DNA from: an uncultured Planctomycetaceae bacterium
GTDB lineage: Bacteria > Planctomycetota > Planctomycetia > Planctomycetales > Planctomycetaceae
Direction of reading: 5' to 3'
Assembly: GCA_963813715.1 (NCBI GenBank)
Contig: CAWFAK010000005.1
Location: forward strand, 768,001-832,000
DNA: 64,000 bases
Shown here: in pieces, positions 41,737 through 55,881 of the stretch
Layout: every line of letters begins with the position of its first letter
Numbering within the stretch: position 1 is the stretch's first letter
The notes under the pieces: model-generated
Told to the model about the DNA's origin: nothing
Database searches by the model: none
Seen by the model: only the letters and a program-made list of their open reading frames with translations
Translations under genes and position numbers: made by a program

Positions 41737-42939
41737 CTACTTGATGACCTTGGCGTCGGCGAGGTCGAGATGATCGGCGATGTCGAGATCTCCGCCAAAG
41801 TCGACCAGGATTTCGATCTCACGCACGCCCGCAATGTCCAGGTCCAGGTTGAGCGGCGGATCGGAGCCGCGCACGTCGGATTGATGCAGGACCTTGTCGT
41901 CGCCCGAGATCACCACGTGCACGTTGCCCAACGGGGCGACGGCCTGGTCGATCCCCATCACCGCCTGGAAGCGGCGGTATTCGCCGTTGACGCGATATTT
42001 CAGCAACGTGCGGGAATGAATCCACAGCCCGCGCGCGTATTCCTTGTTGCCCAGCCGCAACATGCCGCCATCCCGCGGCCGATCGCGGCAGTAGGTCCAG
42101 ACCTGGTCGAAGAAGGGAGTGTATTTCACCTCTCTCGGTTCGAGCTGCGATAGGTAGCGGACTTTCCCCAGACTGAAGTCGAGCGTGACGATTTGCTCGC
42201 CCGGCGACCACGATCTGTGCACCGCCCAGCAGGCCGGCCTTGAGTTGCCCGTTGGACCATTGGGCAGTTTGGGCCTTGAGAAAGTCGCCGCCCGTGGACG
42301 TCACTTCGCAGACGGGCTTGCCCGGCGTCGGCATTCCGCCGCGCGTAGACAATGCCGAAGATTTTTTCCCGCTTGAGCGTCACGTCTTCGCCGTCCAGCA
42401 CGAAGTGAATGCCGACGTCGTCCACCTTGCCGACGGTGCCGTCCAGGTGATCGAGCACGTTGCCTTTGCGGATGACGAGCATGTCGCGCGTCAGGTCGCG
42501 GGTCGTCAGGTCGTGCCAGGCGTCGGCGACTGGCGGCTCATTCGGCGCGAGGCGAATGTTGGCAACTGCATTGAGGGGCAGGGCGAATTTGCCGAAGTTG
42601 GCCGTTTCGACCTGGGCACCGGCTTCGCTCACGCGGAGCCCGCTATAGAACAGGTGCGAGCCGTCGGTGAGCGCGAGCTTCCGGCCGACGCGGATCGCCG
42701 CCGCTCGCGGTCGGCTTGACGGACAGCGCCCGAATGTCGAGCACTTCAGCCAGCGGCACTTTGACGGTTTTGCCCGCGGCGGTCAGCGTGGCGGAATCGG
42801 ACGAAAGCTCGGTCAGCACGCCGGTTTGCCGGTGGCCGGAGAGCGTGGTCAGCTCGAACTGCAACCCGGTCGAGGCCGGTTCAGCGGCCCCGCTGAGTGC
42901 GGTGGCGATAAAAAGCACAGACGGCGCGAGCGAAATCAT
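41737..42939 (-). CDS. Secreted NPCBM/NEW2 domain protein; frameshifts ~42680, ~42330, ~42210
   Basis: Signal peptide. C-terminal YLSQLEP...YARGLWIHSRT...FQAVMGID...LVDFG...ADHLDLADAK matches the NPCBM pattern. Confidence 0.8.
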
Positions 42940-42961
42940 CTCGGAGCATTCCCTCGAGTTC

Positions 42962-44016
42962 TTATTTTCCCTTGTCCGGGCCGGGCGTCTTAGCCAGCTT
43001 CTTGAAGTATTCTTCCACGGCCCGGCGGTAATTCGAGGGGAACTCGCGATTGAGCCGGCTTTCGGCCTCGGTGGCCGCCTTGGGAGGCAGACCGCCCCAC
43101 GTGCCCGCTCTCTTCTTCGTATTCGGGTCGACGTTGCCGGGAGCGGTCGCCCCCTTCAACATCGAATCTTCGGCCGGCCGGTTCGATTGATTGCTGTTGT
43201 TCTGTTGTTGCTGGGCCTGCGACTGCTGCTGGTTGAGCTGCGCCTGCTTCTTTTTGATGATTTCGTCGAGCGATTCGATGATTTCATCCTGCACTTTTTG
43301 CACGCGCTGCCCGCTGCGGCCCAAGGTCCAGCCGCCGCTCCGAGTCCTGCATCTTTCGCGAGACGCCCGACAGCGATTGATCGTCGAGCGCGGAGAGCTC
43401 GTCCTGCATCAGCGTCGCAACCTGGAGATAGGGCTCGGCCACGCCTTCGGTCTTGTGCAACAGCTTGTCGAGCGTCGCCAGCCCGTCTTTCTTGCGCAAC
43501 AATTGATGCTCGCAGACGGCTCGATAGAAGAGACACGTTGCCGGATCGACTACCTTTGCCGGATCGATCTTCGCAAAGACGGCCAGTGCCTCATCATAGA
43601 GCAGACCCTGCGTGAGCGCGCGGGCGTAAAACAGCCGCAGGTGGGCGGTCAGGAATTCGTCCGATTCATCCTGCGTGAGCAACGGCTTGGGGAGCGAGCG
43701 GAACGACGCGCCCGGACCGTACGTGTTGACGAATTGGCGGATCGTCGGATCGGCCAGGCGAGAAGCTCTGGATCAGGCGATCGAAGATCTGCCGTGGAGC
43801 GAGCGGCGGCGTGGCCGGCGCCCACAGTTGCACGATGCTAGCGACCGGCTTCTCGTTGGTGACGCCATGATGCGAAAGCCAGCGCAGCAGCTCCTGCCGT
43901 ACTTGCTCGGCCGAACGGGGTGCGTACAGCTCGGTTCCCTCCGCCGCCGGCAGAGCGCCCGCCCACGAGCACAGGAGGGCGGTCGCTACGAAGATCGAGT
44001 GTCGGACGGTAATCAT
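42962..44016 (-). CDS. Conserved hypothetical secreted helical (TPR-like) protein; ~3 frameshifts
   Basis: Fragments: signal peptide; YARALTQGLLYDEAL...VVDPATCLFYRAVC; WGGLPPK...FPSNYRRAVEEYFKKLA. ATGA overlap with the upstream gene. Confidence 0.7.
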
Positions 44017-46021
44017 CGGTTTCGTCCCGTTGCGATGATGTAGGTGGCGTCCTGGATCTCGGCCTGCCGATGCGCGAGTTTCGACAGGTCCTGCAGCAAC
44101 TTCTCGTTGCTGGCCTGTTCGCCCTTGATCAGCTGACCGATCTCCTTGGTGCGGCGGTTCACGCGGAACTGCAGCGAACGGAGCATTTTCAGCTCGGCCA
44201 GGTCCTGGACGAGCTGTTTTTCTTCATCGCCCTGGCCGCGTTGCCCCCGCTGCTGGCGGCGGTTTTCGTCCTGCTTTTGCCGCTTTTCGATTTCGTTCTG
44301 CAGGGCGGTGACCATCTCTTCCAGCGATTCGATCACGTCCCGTTCCACGGACTGCGTGAATGCGCCGACCTCGTTGCCCGAGAGCCGCGTGGAGATCGTC
44401 AGCATGTCGTCGCGGACCTGCTCGACCCCTTGCGGGAAGGCCACCGAGGAGCCCTCTTCTTTGAGCAGCTTGAGCGCCTTGGCGGCTTCGTCGGCGATCG
44501 TGGCTTCGTCGACCGAAAGCTCGCGCGCCCGGCCGAAGTGTTTGACGGTCCAGGCATTGGTCGGCGTCTTGCTGAGGGCGACAGTGTCGACATGGATTTG
44601 CAGTTGCATCACCAGCATCTTGGCGAATCGCGCTTCGAGCGATGCCAGGATGATTTGCTGCTCTTCCTGACGCAGCTGCCGCAGGATCTTTTCGAGCTGG
44701 GCGCGGGCTTCGGCGAGCTTGCGGATCGCCTCGTCCTGGTGTCCCATGCCCTTTTTGCCTTCGAGCCGCTTGAGCTCCTCTTCGGCTTGCCGCATGGCGC
44801 GGCGGGCGTCTTCGATCTCGTTGCGGCCGGGAGTCTTCTTGGGCTGCGTTTGTTCTTGCGACTGCTCGCCTTCGGACGGCGATCCCTCTTGTGGCTCGTT
44901 CTCTTCGCCCTGTTCGCCCGGCTTGGGTTGCTGACCCTTGCCCTGCTGTTTGTCGGATTTTCCTTTCTTGGAATCGCCCTTCTTCGAGTCGCCTTTTTTT
45001 GAGTCGCTCTTTTGCTGCGAGTCTGGCGAAGACTGCTTGTCGCTGTCCTTGCTATCCTTCTTTTCGACTTTCTGGTCGCCGTCTTTTGAGCCGGACTGCT
45101 TATTCCCGTCGGCCTTCTTGTCGCCGCTCTTTTTGTCCGCGTCGCTCTTTTTGTTTGGGTCGCTCTTTTTGTCCGCGCCGGATTTCTTGTCGCCGTCGGC
45201 CTTCTCGCTATCGGACTTTTCCGCGTCGGACTTCTTGGCGTCCGACTTCTGGTCTTCCTCCGACTTTTTGTCCCCGTTGGCTCCCTTATCCCCCTTCTGG
45301 CTGTTCTTGGAATTGCGGCTGCTGTTGGGCTTGCCGTCGGGACCGTTGCGGCTGGCGTCTTCTTTCTCAATCTTGTCGAGCAGCGACTGGGCGTCTTTGC
45401 CGATATCGCCTTGCCGCTCGCCCAGGCGGTTCAGATTACCGCCGCGCTCGGTGGCACGTCGCAGGTCCTTCTCGCGCGCAGACAGCTTGCTGACTTCTTT
45501 GTGCAGCAATTCGTAGTACTGCTTCTCCTGTTCGAGCTGGTGGCGGCGATCTTCACTTTGCAAAAGCTCGAGCAACCCCTTCAGGTCGGCGACGAGATGC
45601 TGCTGGTCGCCGATGGCGTCGCCGAACTGCTCCTTCTTGAGCAGCTGGGTGATGGCGTCCATCTGCTGGGAGATGCGGGTTTCTTTGCTGCGGCCGATTG
45701 CCCGGATCAGCAGGTCCGCCCGCTCGGGCTCGGTCTTCCGCAGGTACTCGGCCATCTGCAGGAGCGTCCGCTCGAACTGCTGATACCGACGTTCGAGGCT
45801 CGATTCGGTCTCATCGAGCCCACTGGCCGGCGCATCGGCGGGGCCGTTCCCTTCGGCGGCTTTGGGCTCGGAGGGCCGAGTCTCCTGTGCCCGGGCCGGC
45901 ATGGGCTGAGGGTGACGAAGACGACTGCCGCCAGCGTTCCACACGCGGCCAACACCGCGGCAAGGGCAACCCCCAACGGCGGGCGTCGATGGGACCGATT
46001 CTTTCCTGTTGGGCGGTTCAT
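44013..46021 (-). CDS. Coiled-coil protein with K/D/S/Q low-complexity insert (DUF4175-like); frameshift ~45900
   Basis: Long amphipathic helices flank KKSD-type repeats; LAELKMLRSLQ near the C-terminus; ATGA overlaps at both ends. Confidence 0.7.
44940..45330 (-). repeat. Intragenic low-complexity repeats (KKSDA/KKSDP/KKGDS)
   Basis: DKKSGADKKSDPNKKSDADKKSGDKKAD and KKGDSKKGDSKKG in the translation. Confidence 0.8.
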
Positions 46022-48557
46022 TTGAGTTCCAGCCCTTTCAGCTCCTTGAGGCGCGTCCGCTTCTGCTCTTGTTTCGTCGCGTCGATAATCTGGTCCTGAT
46101 CCTTGATCAGCTTTTGCAGCCGGGCGATCGCCTCGTGGAATTTTACCAAGTCCTGCATTTCGGCAAGGGCCATCTTGAGCCGGGCGACGACCGTGGTCAC
46201 CGACCGGATACTCGCGTCGATCTGCGGGACCGAGTTACGTTGAGCCTCTGACTCTAGTTTAAACAATCCGATCGCCTCATCGGCAGCCGGGAAGTCTTTT
46301 TCGTTGGCCAGGTGCAGGGGCTGGACAATCCGGTCGCCGATCCGCTCCACCATCTGCTGTGTGTGGACGGCATTGTTCACCAGCTCCTCCAGCAGCCCGC
46401 GGAAGGAATCTTCGACCGAAGCCGTGTCGACCGAGTTCTTGCGGATCTGATTGAGCGAGCGGACGGCACAAACCGTGATATCGGTTTGCAGGTCGCCCGC
46501 GTTCTCGGTCTCGCCCGGCGGCTTGCCGCTTTGCCCGGCCCCCCCTGCGGCAGCCGCCGACTGCTCGGCCCGGCTGCGATGTTCGATCAGGTCTTTTTGG
46601 ACAGCTTCCAGTTCCGAAATGATCCGCTCGAACCGCTCGCGGAGATTCACCTCTTTGACGTAGAGGATGGCGAGCAAGTCCTCGTCGCTGACGATTTGAA
46701 AGACGTACTCCTCGCCGCGCGTGCGGTGCGGACCGTTGACGTTGTCGCCGTCCTCGGCCGAAACGCAGAGACTCAGCTTCTGACCGATTTTGAGGTCGAG
46801 CGGCAAGACCTGGAACCGCTCCGTCTTGTCGGCGTCGTCGCGCTGGAGCGCGAAGCTCTTGGGAGCGCCGGCGGGCGGGCGACGGAACGGATAGGGCCGC
46901 CACGCCTGGTCCTTGCCGAGCCGAAACTCGAACTGAGCCTGGGCCACGCCATAGTCGTCGGTGACCGTCCCGCTGACCGGGATCGTCGCTTTTCGGGTAA
47001 TCGAGGTGCCGACACCGCGCAGCTCCGTGGTGATGGTGGGCGGCGTGTCGGCGATGCCGTTGATCACGATACGGATCGGCTCGACGCTGAGAATGTCGTC
47101 CGTATCCTCAAGCTCCATCCGCAGGCGCGTGTCGGCAGGAATTGCGATCGGCAAACCGACCGTGCCCGCGGCCGCCGCCTGTTTGTGGTCGCCCGCTTTC
47201 GGGTTCGCGCGACCGGTCAAGATGAATGGCAAATGAGCGTCGAGCCCGTCGACCGACAGGAACGATCCGTCGGGCGGAGTCGGGAGTGGTTGCTCAGCTC
47301 CCAGCTCGCCCGCCGCATTCTTATGCGCGATCCGGCCCCCCTGGCGCGACAGGCTGATCCGCAGGGCGTCGGTCTCGATCCGCAGGCCGACGAGCGGCTT
47401 GTTTGACCGGGCGCGGAACACAAACGACGTCTCCATCGGCAGGGCGACTTGCGAGCCTTCGACCTCCACCGTCTTCCGTCCCGACTTCCCCTCGCTGTCG
47501 CGGTCGAGCCCAGTGTAGGAGGGATAATCGCAATCAAGGGCCACCCGGTCGAAGCGCGGTGGCTCAACCACTTCGACCCGTAGCGGCGTGCGGCTGACGT
47601 AGTCACCCCCTGCGACCGACAGCGACAGGCTGTCCAACAGGCCCGACAGCGTGTGCCGAAACTGATTTTCGGTGTTTTTCACCATGTCGACGCGTCCGGC
47701 ACCCCGTCCGCCGTCGAGCACGTAATTGAGTTCGACGTTGGCCGGCACGATCGTTCCCTCGGCCGGCTCGACGAGGAGCGTGAGGTCGACGCCGCGCGGA
47801 TGCTTGAGCTGCCCGTCGTGAAACTCGCGGAGGCGATCGCCCGGCTGCACGATGGCCTTCACAACGAGTCGCGTCTCGCGGGGCCAATAGGTCGCCTCGC
47901 GCGTGACGAAAGCGTGACTCCAGCGGGCCAGCGCCGCGGTGCGATCAAGCCTAGCGCGCCACGCTGAGCAACAGCACGCTGGCCGCCGTCACCGCCCGGC
48001 GCAGCGGCGTGCGGTCGAAGACCGATTCGACTGGCAGCGAGGCGGAGACCCGCACGGCCTCGGCGATCGTGCGTTCGAGCATGGCGGCCGTCAGTTGAGA
48101 CTCGCACCCCTCGCTTCACCGGCGTGTGCGCGGGATGTTCCAAGGGCTTCTGCCGCTTCGACGGCCGTAATCAGGCGGGAGCCCATTTCCGGGAACCGTC
48201 GCTCCAAGAACGAGGGCGAGTGCCCGCGCTCGAAATCGCCGCACAAGCCGCAGCCCGATCCAAAACAGGGCGACCGTGCCAGCCAACAGCAGCGAACACA
48301 CGGCGACGCCGTCACGAAACCAGATCGGCAGCTCCAGTCCGGTTAGCCGAAAGTAAGCCCAGTCGATGCCGAGAGTGAGCCAGAACATCGCGAGCAACAC
48401 GACGACAACCAGTGCCGTCCCTTCGAGCAACAAATAACGCCGAATCCGCGATTTGAGCTGCGCCAAAAGAGCGGCGAGCGCGGGGGCCAGCGGCCGCGCG
48501 GGCAGTGGGCGCGAGCGTCTCACCGGCGTCGAGATTGGTGAAGGGGCTTTCGGCCAT
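46018..48557 (-). CDS. Large membrane-anchored hypothetical protein (N-terminal TMs, beta-rich domains, helical tail); several frameshifts in 47900-48540
   Basis: Joined fragments: RIRRYLLLEG + TM helices; LERRFPEMGSRLITAVE; YWPRETRL; YPSYTG; DTPP...TDDYGV; 614-aa C-terminal ORF. Confidence 0.7.
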
Positions 48558-48678
48558 GGATTGGTCGGGGAAGATTCGACCTGTCAGGAAGTTTCAGCAG
48601 TCAGGAGATTGACAGTCACGAGTCAAAATCTGCGGCCACGAGTCAAATGGTCCGGGGGTCTGAGTGACCTAGGAAAAC

Positions 48679-51232
48679 TTACGCCAGGCGCAAGAGCTTG
48701 CGGGTCAACCATTCCACGCCGAGCAGCCCAACCAGCAAATACAGGACCCATTGCCGATCCCACAGGGCGCGGAGCTGTTCATCGACGGCGAACCGTTCGC
48801 CCCGATCGGGCAGTAGGCCGGGCAATTCGGCCGCCGCGCTTTCCAAAGTTAGATATTTGCCACCTGTTTCGCGAGCCAGGTCCGCCAGCAGCTTCGCGTT
48901 CTGACGGGGATTGTCCGACTCGAGGTTCGGCAGCACGACGTCGATTTTGGCCGACAGGTTCTGCTTCTCGTCGTCGAGCTGCGGGCGAACGAGGATCCGA
49001 TAGGTGCCGGGCAGCGAGGCGCGGAAGTCGGCCGAGTATTGCCCGGGGCGGTCCCGATCGCGGGTGAGGGCGCGGGGCGCGCCCAGCGGCAATCCGTGCG
49101 GGTCGAAGACGTTGAGCTCGACCGAGGGGGCGTCCAAGGGCCGCAATTGCGGGTCGAGCAGATTGGCCCGCACGCGAATCGTCTGCCCCAGGGCGTATTG
49201 ATTGCGTTCCAAAAGCAACAAGCCTCGGGCCGTCCCGCGTCGCAGCCGGCCCTGCCCGACCTCGCGGATCACTTTCGTCCAGAAGCGATCAAAGTACTCC
49301 TCGTCGACGGCCCGCAAACGCCAGAGCTCGGGGCTGCCAATATAAAAGGTCCGCCCCGATCCATAGAACTGGGCCGCAAACAAAATAGGCTGTCCGTGCT
49401 CGTTTTGTGCGCGGGGGTCGGAGAAGTTCGCATAAACGGTTGCCCCGGCCTTGGCGCCGGCTGTCGGGTAGCAACGGTACACGCCGGGGAACTGCTTCCA
49501 GGCGGCGGCCGGATCGAAGGAATTCTCAACCAGCTGCAGGAAGCCCGTCTGCTTGCCCGCCTCGGTGAGGGCGACCGGCCACGGCTGGTCGGCCTTGGAG
49601 TCGAGAGAGAGGTCCTGAATGGCCGCGCTTAAGAAGACCGGGTAGAGCTCCTTCACCTGATCCAGATCGTTGTTGGGGGCTGCCAGCTGCGGCGTGAAGA
49701 TGTCGCCGGCCACCACCACCAGGCCGCCGCTGTGTTCGCCGACCCAGTTCGACAGCAGCTTGCGGCCTTCGGGCGAAATCCGCGACCAGTCGGGATCGAA
49801 GGCCACGACCACGTCGTAGTCGAACAGTTCCGCAGGCGTGCGCGGAAAGTCGACGAGGATTCTCTTGGCGTCCTGGCTCACCTGGCTGGCTGTTACGGCG
49901 GACACCGTCTGCAGCCAAACGTCGACGTCGATCGACGAGTGGCGATTCAGCATCGTGTGCAGGAAGCGATAATCGCGCATCGGTCCGCCCGCGATCAACA
50001 GCACGTGCAGCTTGCGGTCGATCACGTTGACGGTCTTGCGACGCTCGTTGTCCTCGTCGCTGATTTCGCGGACGCCGGCCGGCGGCTTCGCGCGAACGAA
50101 GAACTCGAAGCCGCCCGCGACGGTCGGCGTTTGGCGAAACCGCACTTCGACCGGTAAGCCATCTTCTCGGAGCAGAATCTCGCGCTGTTCGATGACTTTG
50201 GGTTGGCTCTTCTCATCCCCTTCGGGACGCACCAATAATTCAACGGTGACCGTGCGTCCTTTGAGTCCGAAGCCTTGGACGAACGCCGCAAAATCGTACG
50301 GGTCGTTCAGGTGCACGTCCGAGGGCGCTTGGATGCTGACGACCTGCAGGTTGACTGGCTGCTCGGTGCTTCCGACGCCGACAGTAAAGAGTCGCACGTT
50401 GGCGCGCTTGGCCACTTCCTGGGCCGTCGACGGCTCGATGCCGGCGTTCGAGTTGCCGTCGGAGATCACCACGATTCCCGAAAGCGTGCGCGCCGCCCAG
50501 CTGCCGAACCGCTTCGTCGACCGCTTCGCCCAAGCGAGTCTCCAGGCCCCGGGGCCGCACGATCTCGTTCCAATCGACTGACTTTGTGGCGGTCTTGCCG
50601 GCAGTCGTGCCGTTTGGCTTGGACTGTTGGCTGGAATCGGATGCGCTGTTTTCCTGTCCGGCGGTCGCGGCCTCGCTGCTGCTGTCGGCCGACCCCGTCG
50701 TTCCCGCGACGGCCGCCTCGCTCCGCTCAGCTTGCGACGGATAAGCGGCGTGCGGCCCAGTCAGAGTCGAATCGAACGAGTAGACGCGTACGTTGTGCTC
50801 CTTACGCAGTTCGGAAAGCAGGGGCGAAACGGTCATCAGGTCTCGCACCGCTTCGGCACGCGTTCGGCTGGACTCGGTGGGCCGTGCCGCCGTTTCGGGA
50901 AAGCGCATCGAGAGCGAGGTATCGATCAGCACGGCCACCCGCGAGGGGCGGTAGGCGATCTGTCGCGTCCGCTCCTGCGGATTGAGGGCGATCGCCGCTA
51001 GCGAGACGAGCACGGCCAGCCGCAACGCAGTGAGGCAGTACTGCCAGCCGCGGCCTGATTCGTGGGCATCGCGACGATAAATGGAAATGGCCAGCGCCAG
51101 AAGCGCCAACACGACGCCGACCCCCGCCACCCAGTGCAGGGGCGAGCCCGGCCAATCGAACTCGATGGTGCGGAGCGCCGCGTCCGAGGCGGCTGTCAGC
51201 AACACGCGAGAGGCGAAGAGACTGACCGTCAT
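48679..51232 (-). CDS. vWA domain membrane protein with GATase-like central domain; frameshift ~50490
   Basis: MIDAS VLIDTSLSM, ETRLGEA, VVISDG; VLLIAGGPMRDYRFL, YDVVVAFD; C-terminal TM ending EWLTRKLLRLA. Confidence 0.85.
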
Positions 51233-53626
51233 AGTGCCGGCCCTCCCTTCGCGACGGGCGGATGATAACTGAGCCGCAACGCGAACAGTTGTTCGACGAC
51301 CAGCATCACGGCGAGCACCAGGAGGAGCAGCGTCCGCGCCTCTTGCGACGCGCTATGCCCCTCGATCCACTGGAACGCGCCCGGGTCGTGAATCTGTACA
51401 TGCACGTCGTTGGAGAGGCGGGCCAGGATTTCCGGCGTCGTCGCAATCTTGAGATCGCTCTCCTGCAGCGGCACGTTGTACGAAATCCACCGCTCCACGG
51501 GCGCGGCCGACTGGTCTTTGAACAGACGCACCATATACATGCCCGGGAGGTCCGTGTCCCCGTAGGTGGCCACCACTCGGACGTTCGTCTTGTTGGACGC
51601 TCCGCGGCTCGACTTCGTTCCGGAAGGCGCGGCCGCGGGCGGCCCAGTCTTGCCCGTGTTGGTCGAATTGGCCGGCCTGCCGTCCGCGGGGGGCTCGGGA
51701 GGAAAACTGGCGTGAGCTGCGCCGGTCGGCCCCGGCGTCGACTCGCCGGTCGGCCGGGTCGCCTTCACGCGGATGACCCGCTGGCCGTGCGCGTCCGGCG
51801 CGGTGATCTCGACGGTCTCCAAAAACTCGGCCGGATCGAAGGACACGTCGATCGGCTCGCCGACGATGCGGTGGTCCAGCGTCTGGTTTTCGCGGGCGAT
51901 GTACTTTGCCAGCTCGAGGTGAAAGATGACCACGCTCGGATTGACGCCCCAATCGTTCCATTTCGGCCCCGCCGTCGTCAGGAAAGCGAGGATCCGCCCC
52001 TTGCCGTATTGCCGCTCGAAGGCAATCGGATCGTTCGTGACAAGGTGAGCGATGGTCGACACTTCGTCTTTGCGTCGGTTGTCGTCGCGGACCCATTTTT
52101 CGGAAACGGGGATCCAGGTGTTGATTTTCACGCCCTGGACGAACGGATTCTCTTGCCCGAAGAAGTGCTCAAACGGCGGCCGATTGGCAAACGAGAGGTC
52201 GGGGGCTTTGGAGTCGGTGTCGGGTCGCGGCATTGATTTGTGCGTTCGCGCCAAAGGCACCGGGAACAGTCCGCCCGCCTTGGTGTAGAGCTCTTCGTTG
52301 TAAAAACCCGTGTTGACGACGCCGCCCAAAAACCAGGCGATGCCCCCGCCTCTGCGCACGTAATCCGCCAGCCGATCGATGGCATCGGCGCAGCTGGTTC
52401 ACGTTGAGCAGATAGATGCAGCGGAAGGCGTCGAGCGATTCGCGGGTCAGGAAGTCGGGACTCTCGACCCGTGGAGAGAAGCCGGTGATCGTGGGGTCGG
52501 CGGCCAGGGCATTCGAGACGTACGAGCCGTCGTCGCTGTCGTTGTCGCCATCGATGATCAGGACCGGGTTGGCGACGCTGATATCGAGGGCCGCGTAACG
52601 ATGATTGTCGGACGCGAGCGAGTCTTCCGGCAGCTGGACTTCGACGGTGTGCTTCCCGGCCTTCTTGAAGCTGACGTCGATATCGCGCGACTGCTCGGTC
52701 CCGGGCTCGAGTTTTTCGATCTCGACTCCCAGCGGCAACAGGTTGCCATCGGCCATCACGCCCAGGCGGACGTTTGTCGCCACCTTCGTGCCGAGGTTGC
52801 GGACGGACGCCTTGAGCCGCACCGGTACGCCGGCAGCCGCCGTGCGGACTTCGCCCCCCAGATCCGTAATCGCCAGGTTGTCGTGCGGCTCGTTCACGGT
52901 CCGCGCGAAGTCGATCGACGTGCCGGTCTTGGCCACGGCGCTGAAAGCCGTGCGAAGCGCCGGGCGCTCGCGCCAGTCGTACGCGCGGAAGTCGGAAATC
53001 ACGTGCAGATGCCGCACCGTCCCCGGATCCTGCGCGAGCAGCTTGCCCGCCGCGTCGACCCCGCTCACCAGGTCGAGCGTCTGGTGGCTGCATTCCAGCC
53101 GCTCGAAGATGTTCTCCAGCTCGACGGCAAACGCGTTGTTCACATCGTGCTTGAGGAACAGGGGCCGATCGGGATGCGACAAGAGCAACAGCGTGCATTG
53201 CTGCGTGCCCGGACGGCGGGCTCCTTCGGCGACGAGCCGCCGCACGATCGAGAGCCCCTCTTTGAAGGCGGATGTTTCACCCCAGCGGTCTCGCATCGAG
53301 CCGCTATCATCCAGTAGCACGACGTGGTGCGATTTTCCGCCGCGAAACGCCCAGAGCGCGCTCGGGTCGAGCACGAGCCGCGAGATCAAGAGCAGGATGG
53401 CCGCGACGATGGCCATCCGTATCAGGAGCAAGAGCAGCTGCTCGATCAGCAGGCGCCGTCGGTTGCGCTGCTGGCTCTGCAGCAAGAACTGCATCGCCGC
53501 AAAACGCACCCGTCGAAAGCGGAGTCGGTTGATCAGGTGAATGATCACCGGCACCGCCAGGAGCGCAGCTCCGGCGGGAAGCACATACGAGGGATGCAAA
53601 AAGTGCGTGGCGATCCAGTCGCTCAT
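51229..53626 (-). CDS. BatA-domain / vWA protein; frameshift ~52385
   Basis: AVPVIIHLINR...FAAMQFL...EQLLLLLIR (BatA N-terminus), VLLDDSGSM, VISDF, DSLASDN, C-terminal TM. Confidence 0.88.
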
Positions 53627-54628
53627 GAGACTCCGGTCAAGATTCCTTTGACGGGCGAGATTCCTCGGAGGGGCGCGAGATCCTTGTCGGGCGATGTCGT
53701 TTGGTCCTGTCGTCTCGCTCGCGGCTGCCCCAAACGCCGCCGGGCGCGCTCGCCTTAGCGCAGCGCGGATCGCATGCCGATGCGGTGATTTAAATAGTGG
53801 GCCAACGCGGCATCCAGGTGCTCGCTCGTGCGGATCGTCTGGTAGTCAATCAGACGGCGGGAACAGTTGCGGCGGATTGTCTCCAAAAACTGGTTGAGCG
53901 CGGTCAGGTAACCTTCCCGCAGGGCCCGCGGATCGCACATTACGTCCCCGGCCGCTTCCAGCCCCTCGAATTTCGTCGTCCCCGAAAAGTCGAAGTCCAG
54001 CTCTTCGTCGTCCAGGATGTGAAAGACCATCACGTCGTGTCCGCGGTGCCTTAAGAGGCTCAGGCCCTTGTCGAGCGCCTGCGGATCGACGAACAAGTCC
54101 GAGATCAGGACGACCATGCCCTTGAGCGACTGTTCCTCGGCCACCTGGGCCAACAATTTTTCGATGCCCGTCTTGCTCGCCGGCTTCTGGGTCCGCAGCG
54201 CCTCGACGATCGAATGCAGGTGGCTCTGGCGGCTTCGCGGCGGCACCCGCGAGCGGAGCGCATTGTCGAACGTCGTCAGCGCCACCGCGTCCGATTGCCG
54301 CAACAGCAAGTAGGACAGCGCGGCAGCCACCGTGCAGGCATAGTCGTACTTGGTCATCGCTCCGCTGCCGTAGTTCATCGACTCGCTGACGTCGACCAAC
54401 AGCAGCGTGCGGAGGTTGGTGTCCTCTTCGTATTGCTTGATGTAGTACTTGTCGGTTTTGGACCAGACCTTCCAGTCGATCCGCCGAAAGTCGTCCCCCG
54501 GGACGTACTCCCGGTGCTGGACGAACTCGACCGATTGCCCGTAATAGGGACTGCGGTGCAGACCCGACAGAAACCCTTCGACGATCTCGCGGGCGCGCAC
54601 TTCGAGCCGCGAAATCCTCGAGATCTGC

Positions 54629-55684
<1,056 letters not shown>

Positions 55685-55756
55685 TTGCCTTGGGCTCTCC
55701 GTAGGGACGTGATCAGGTCGAACGCGGCGTCGACCTCGTGGCAGTCGCAACAGTCA

Positions 55757-55787
55757 ATTATACCCCGCAGTTTGCGCAAACCGTCAA
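55757..55787 (-). promoter_or_regulatory. Sigma70-type promoter of the moxR operon, with a dyad in the spacer
   Basis: Minus strand reads TTGACG-N19-TATAAT. Perfect palindrome GTTTGCGCAAAC at 55770-55781. Confidence 0.6.
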
Positions 55788-55881
55788 GTGCAGGGCTCGG
55801 CCCCGCACCCGGTGCGGCTTGCGCTTCGCGAGCCGCGAAGAGCTGCGCACGCAGTATTTGTTTCTTTCTGAGTTTTTCCTT

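Noticed and set aside
48575..48670. Short cagtca/cacgagtcaaa repeats inside the moxR operon
   Set aside because: Too short and degenerate to support any element call.
55814..55836. Intrinsic terminator after the thioesterase gene
   Set aside because: A hairpin is present but no U-tract follows on the minus strand; it may be a solo REP-like unit.
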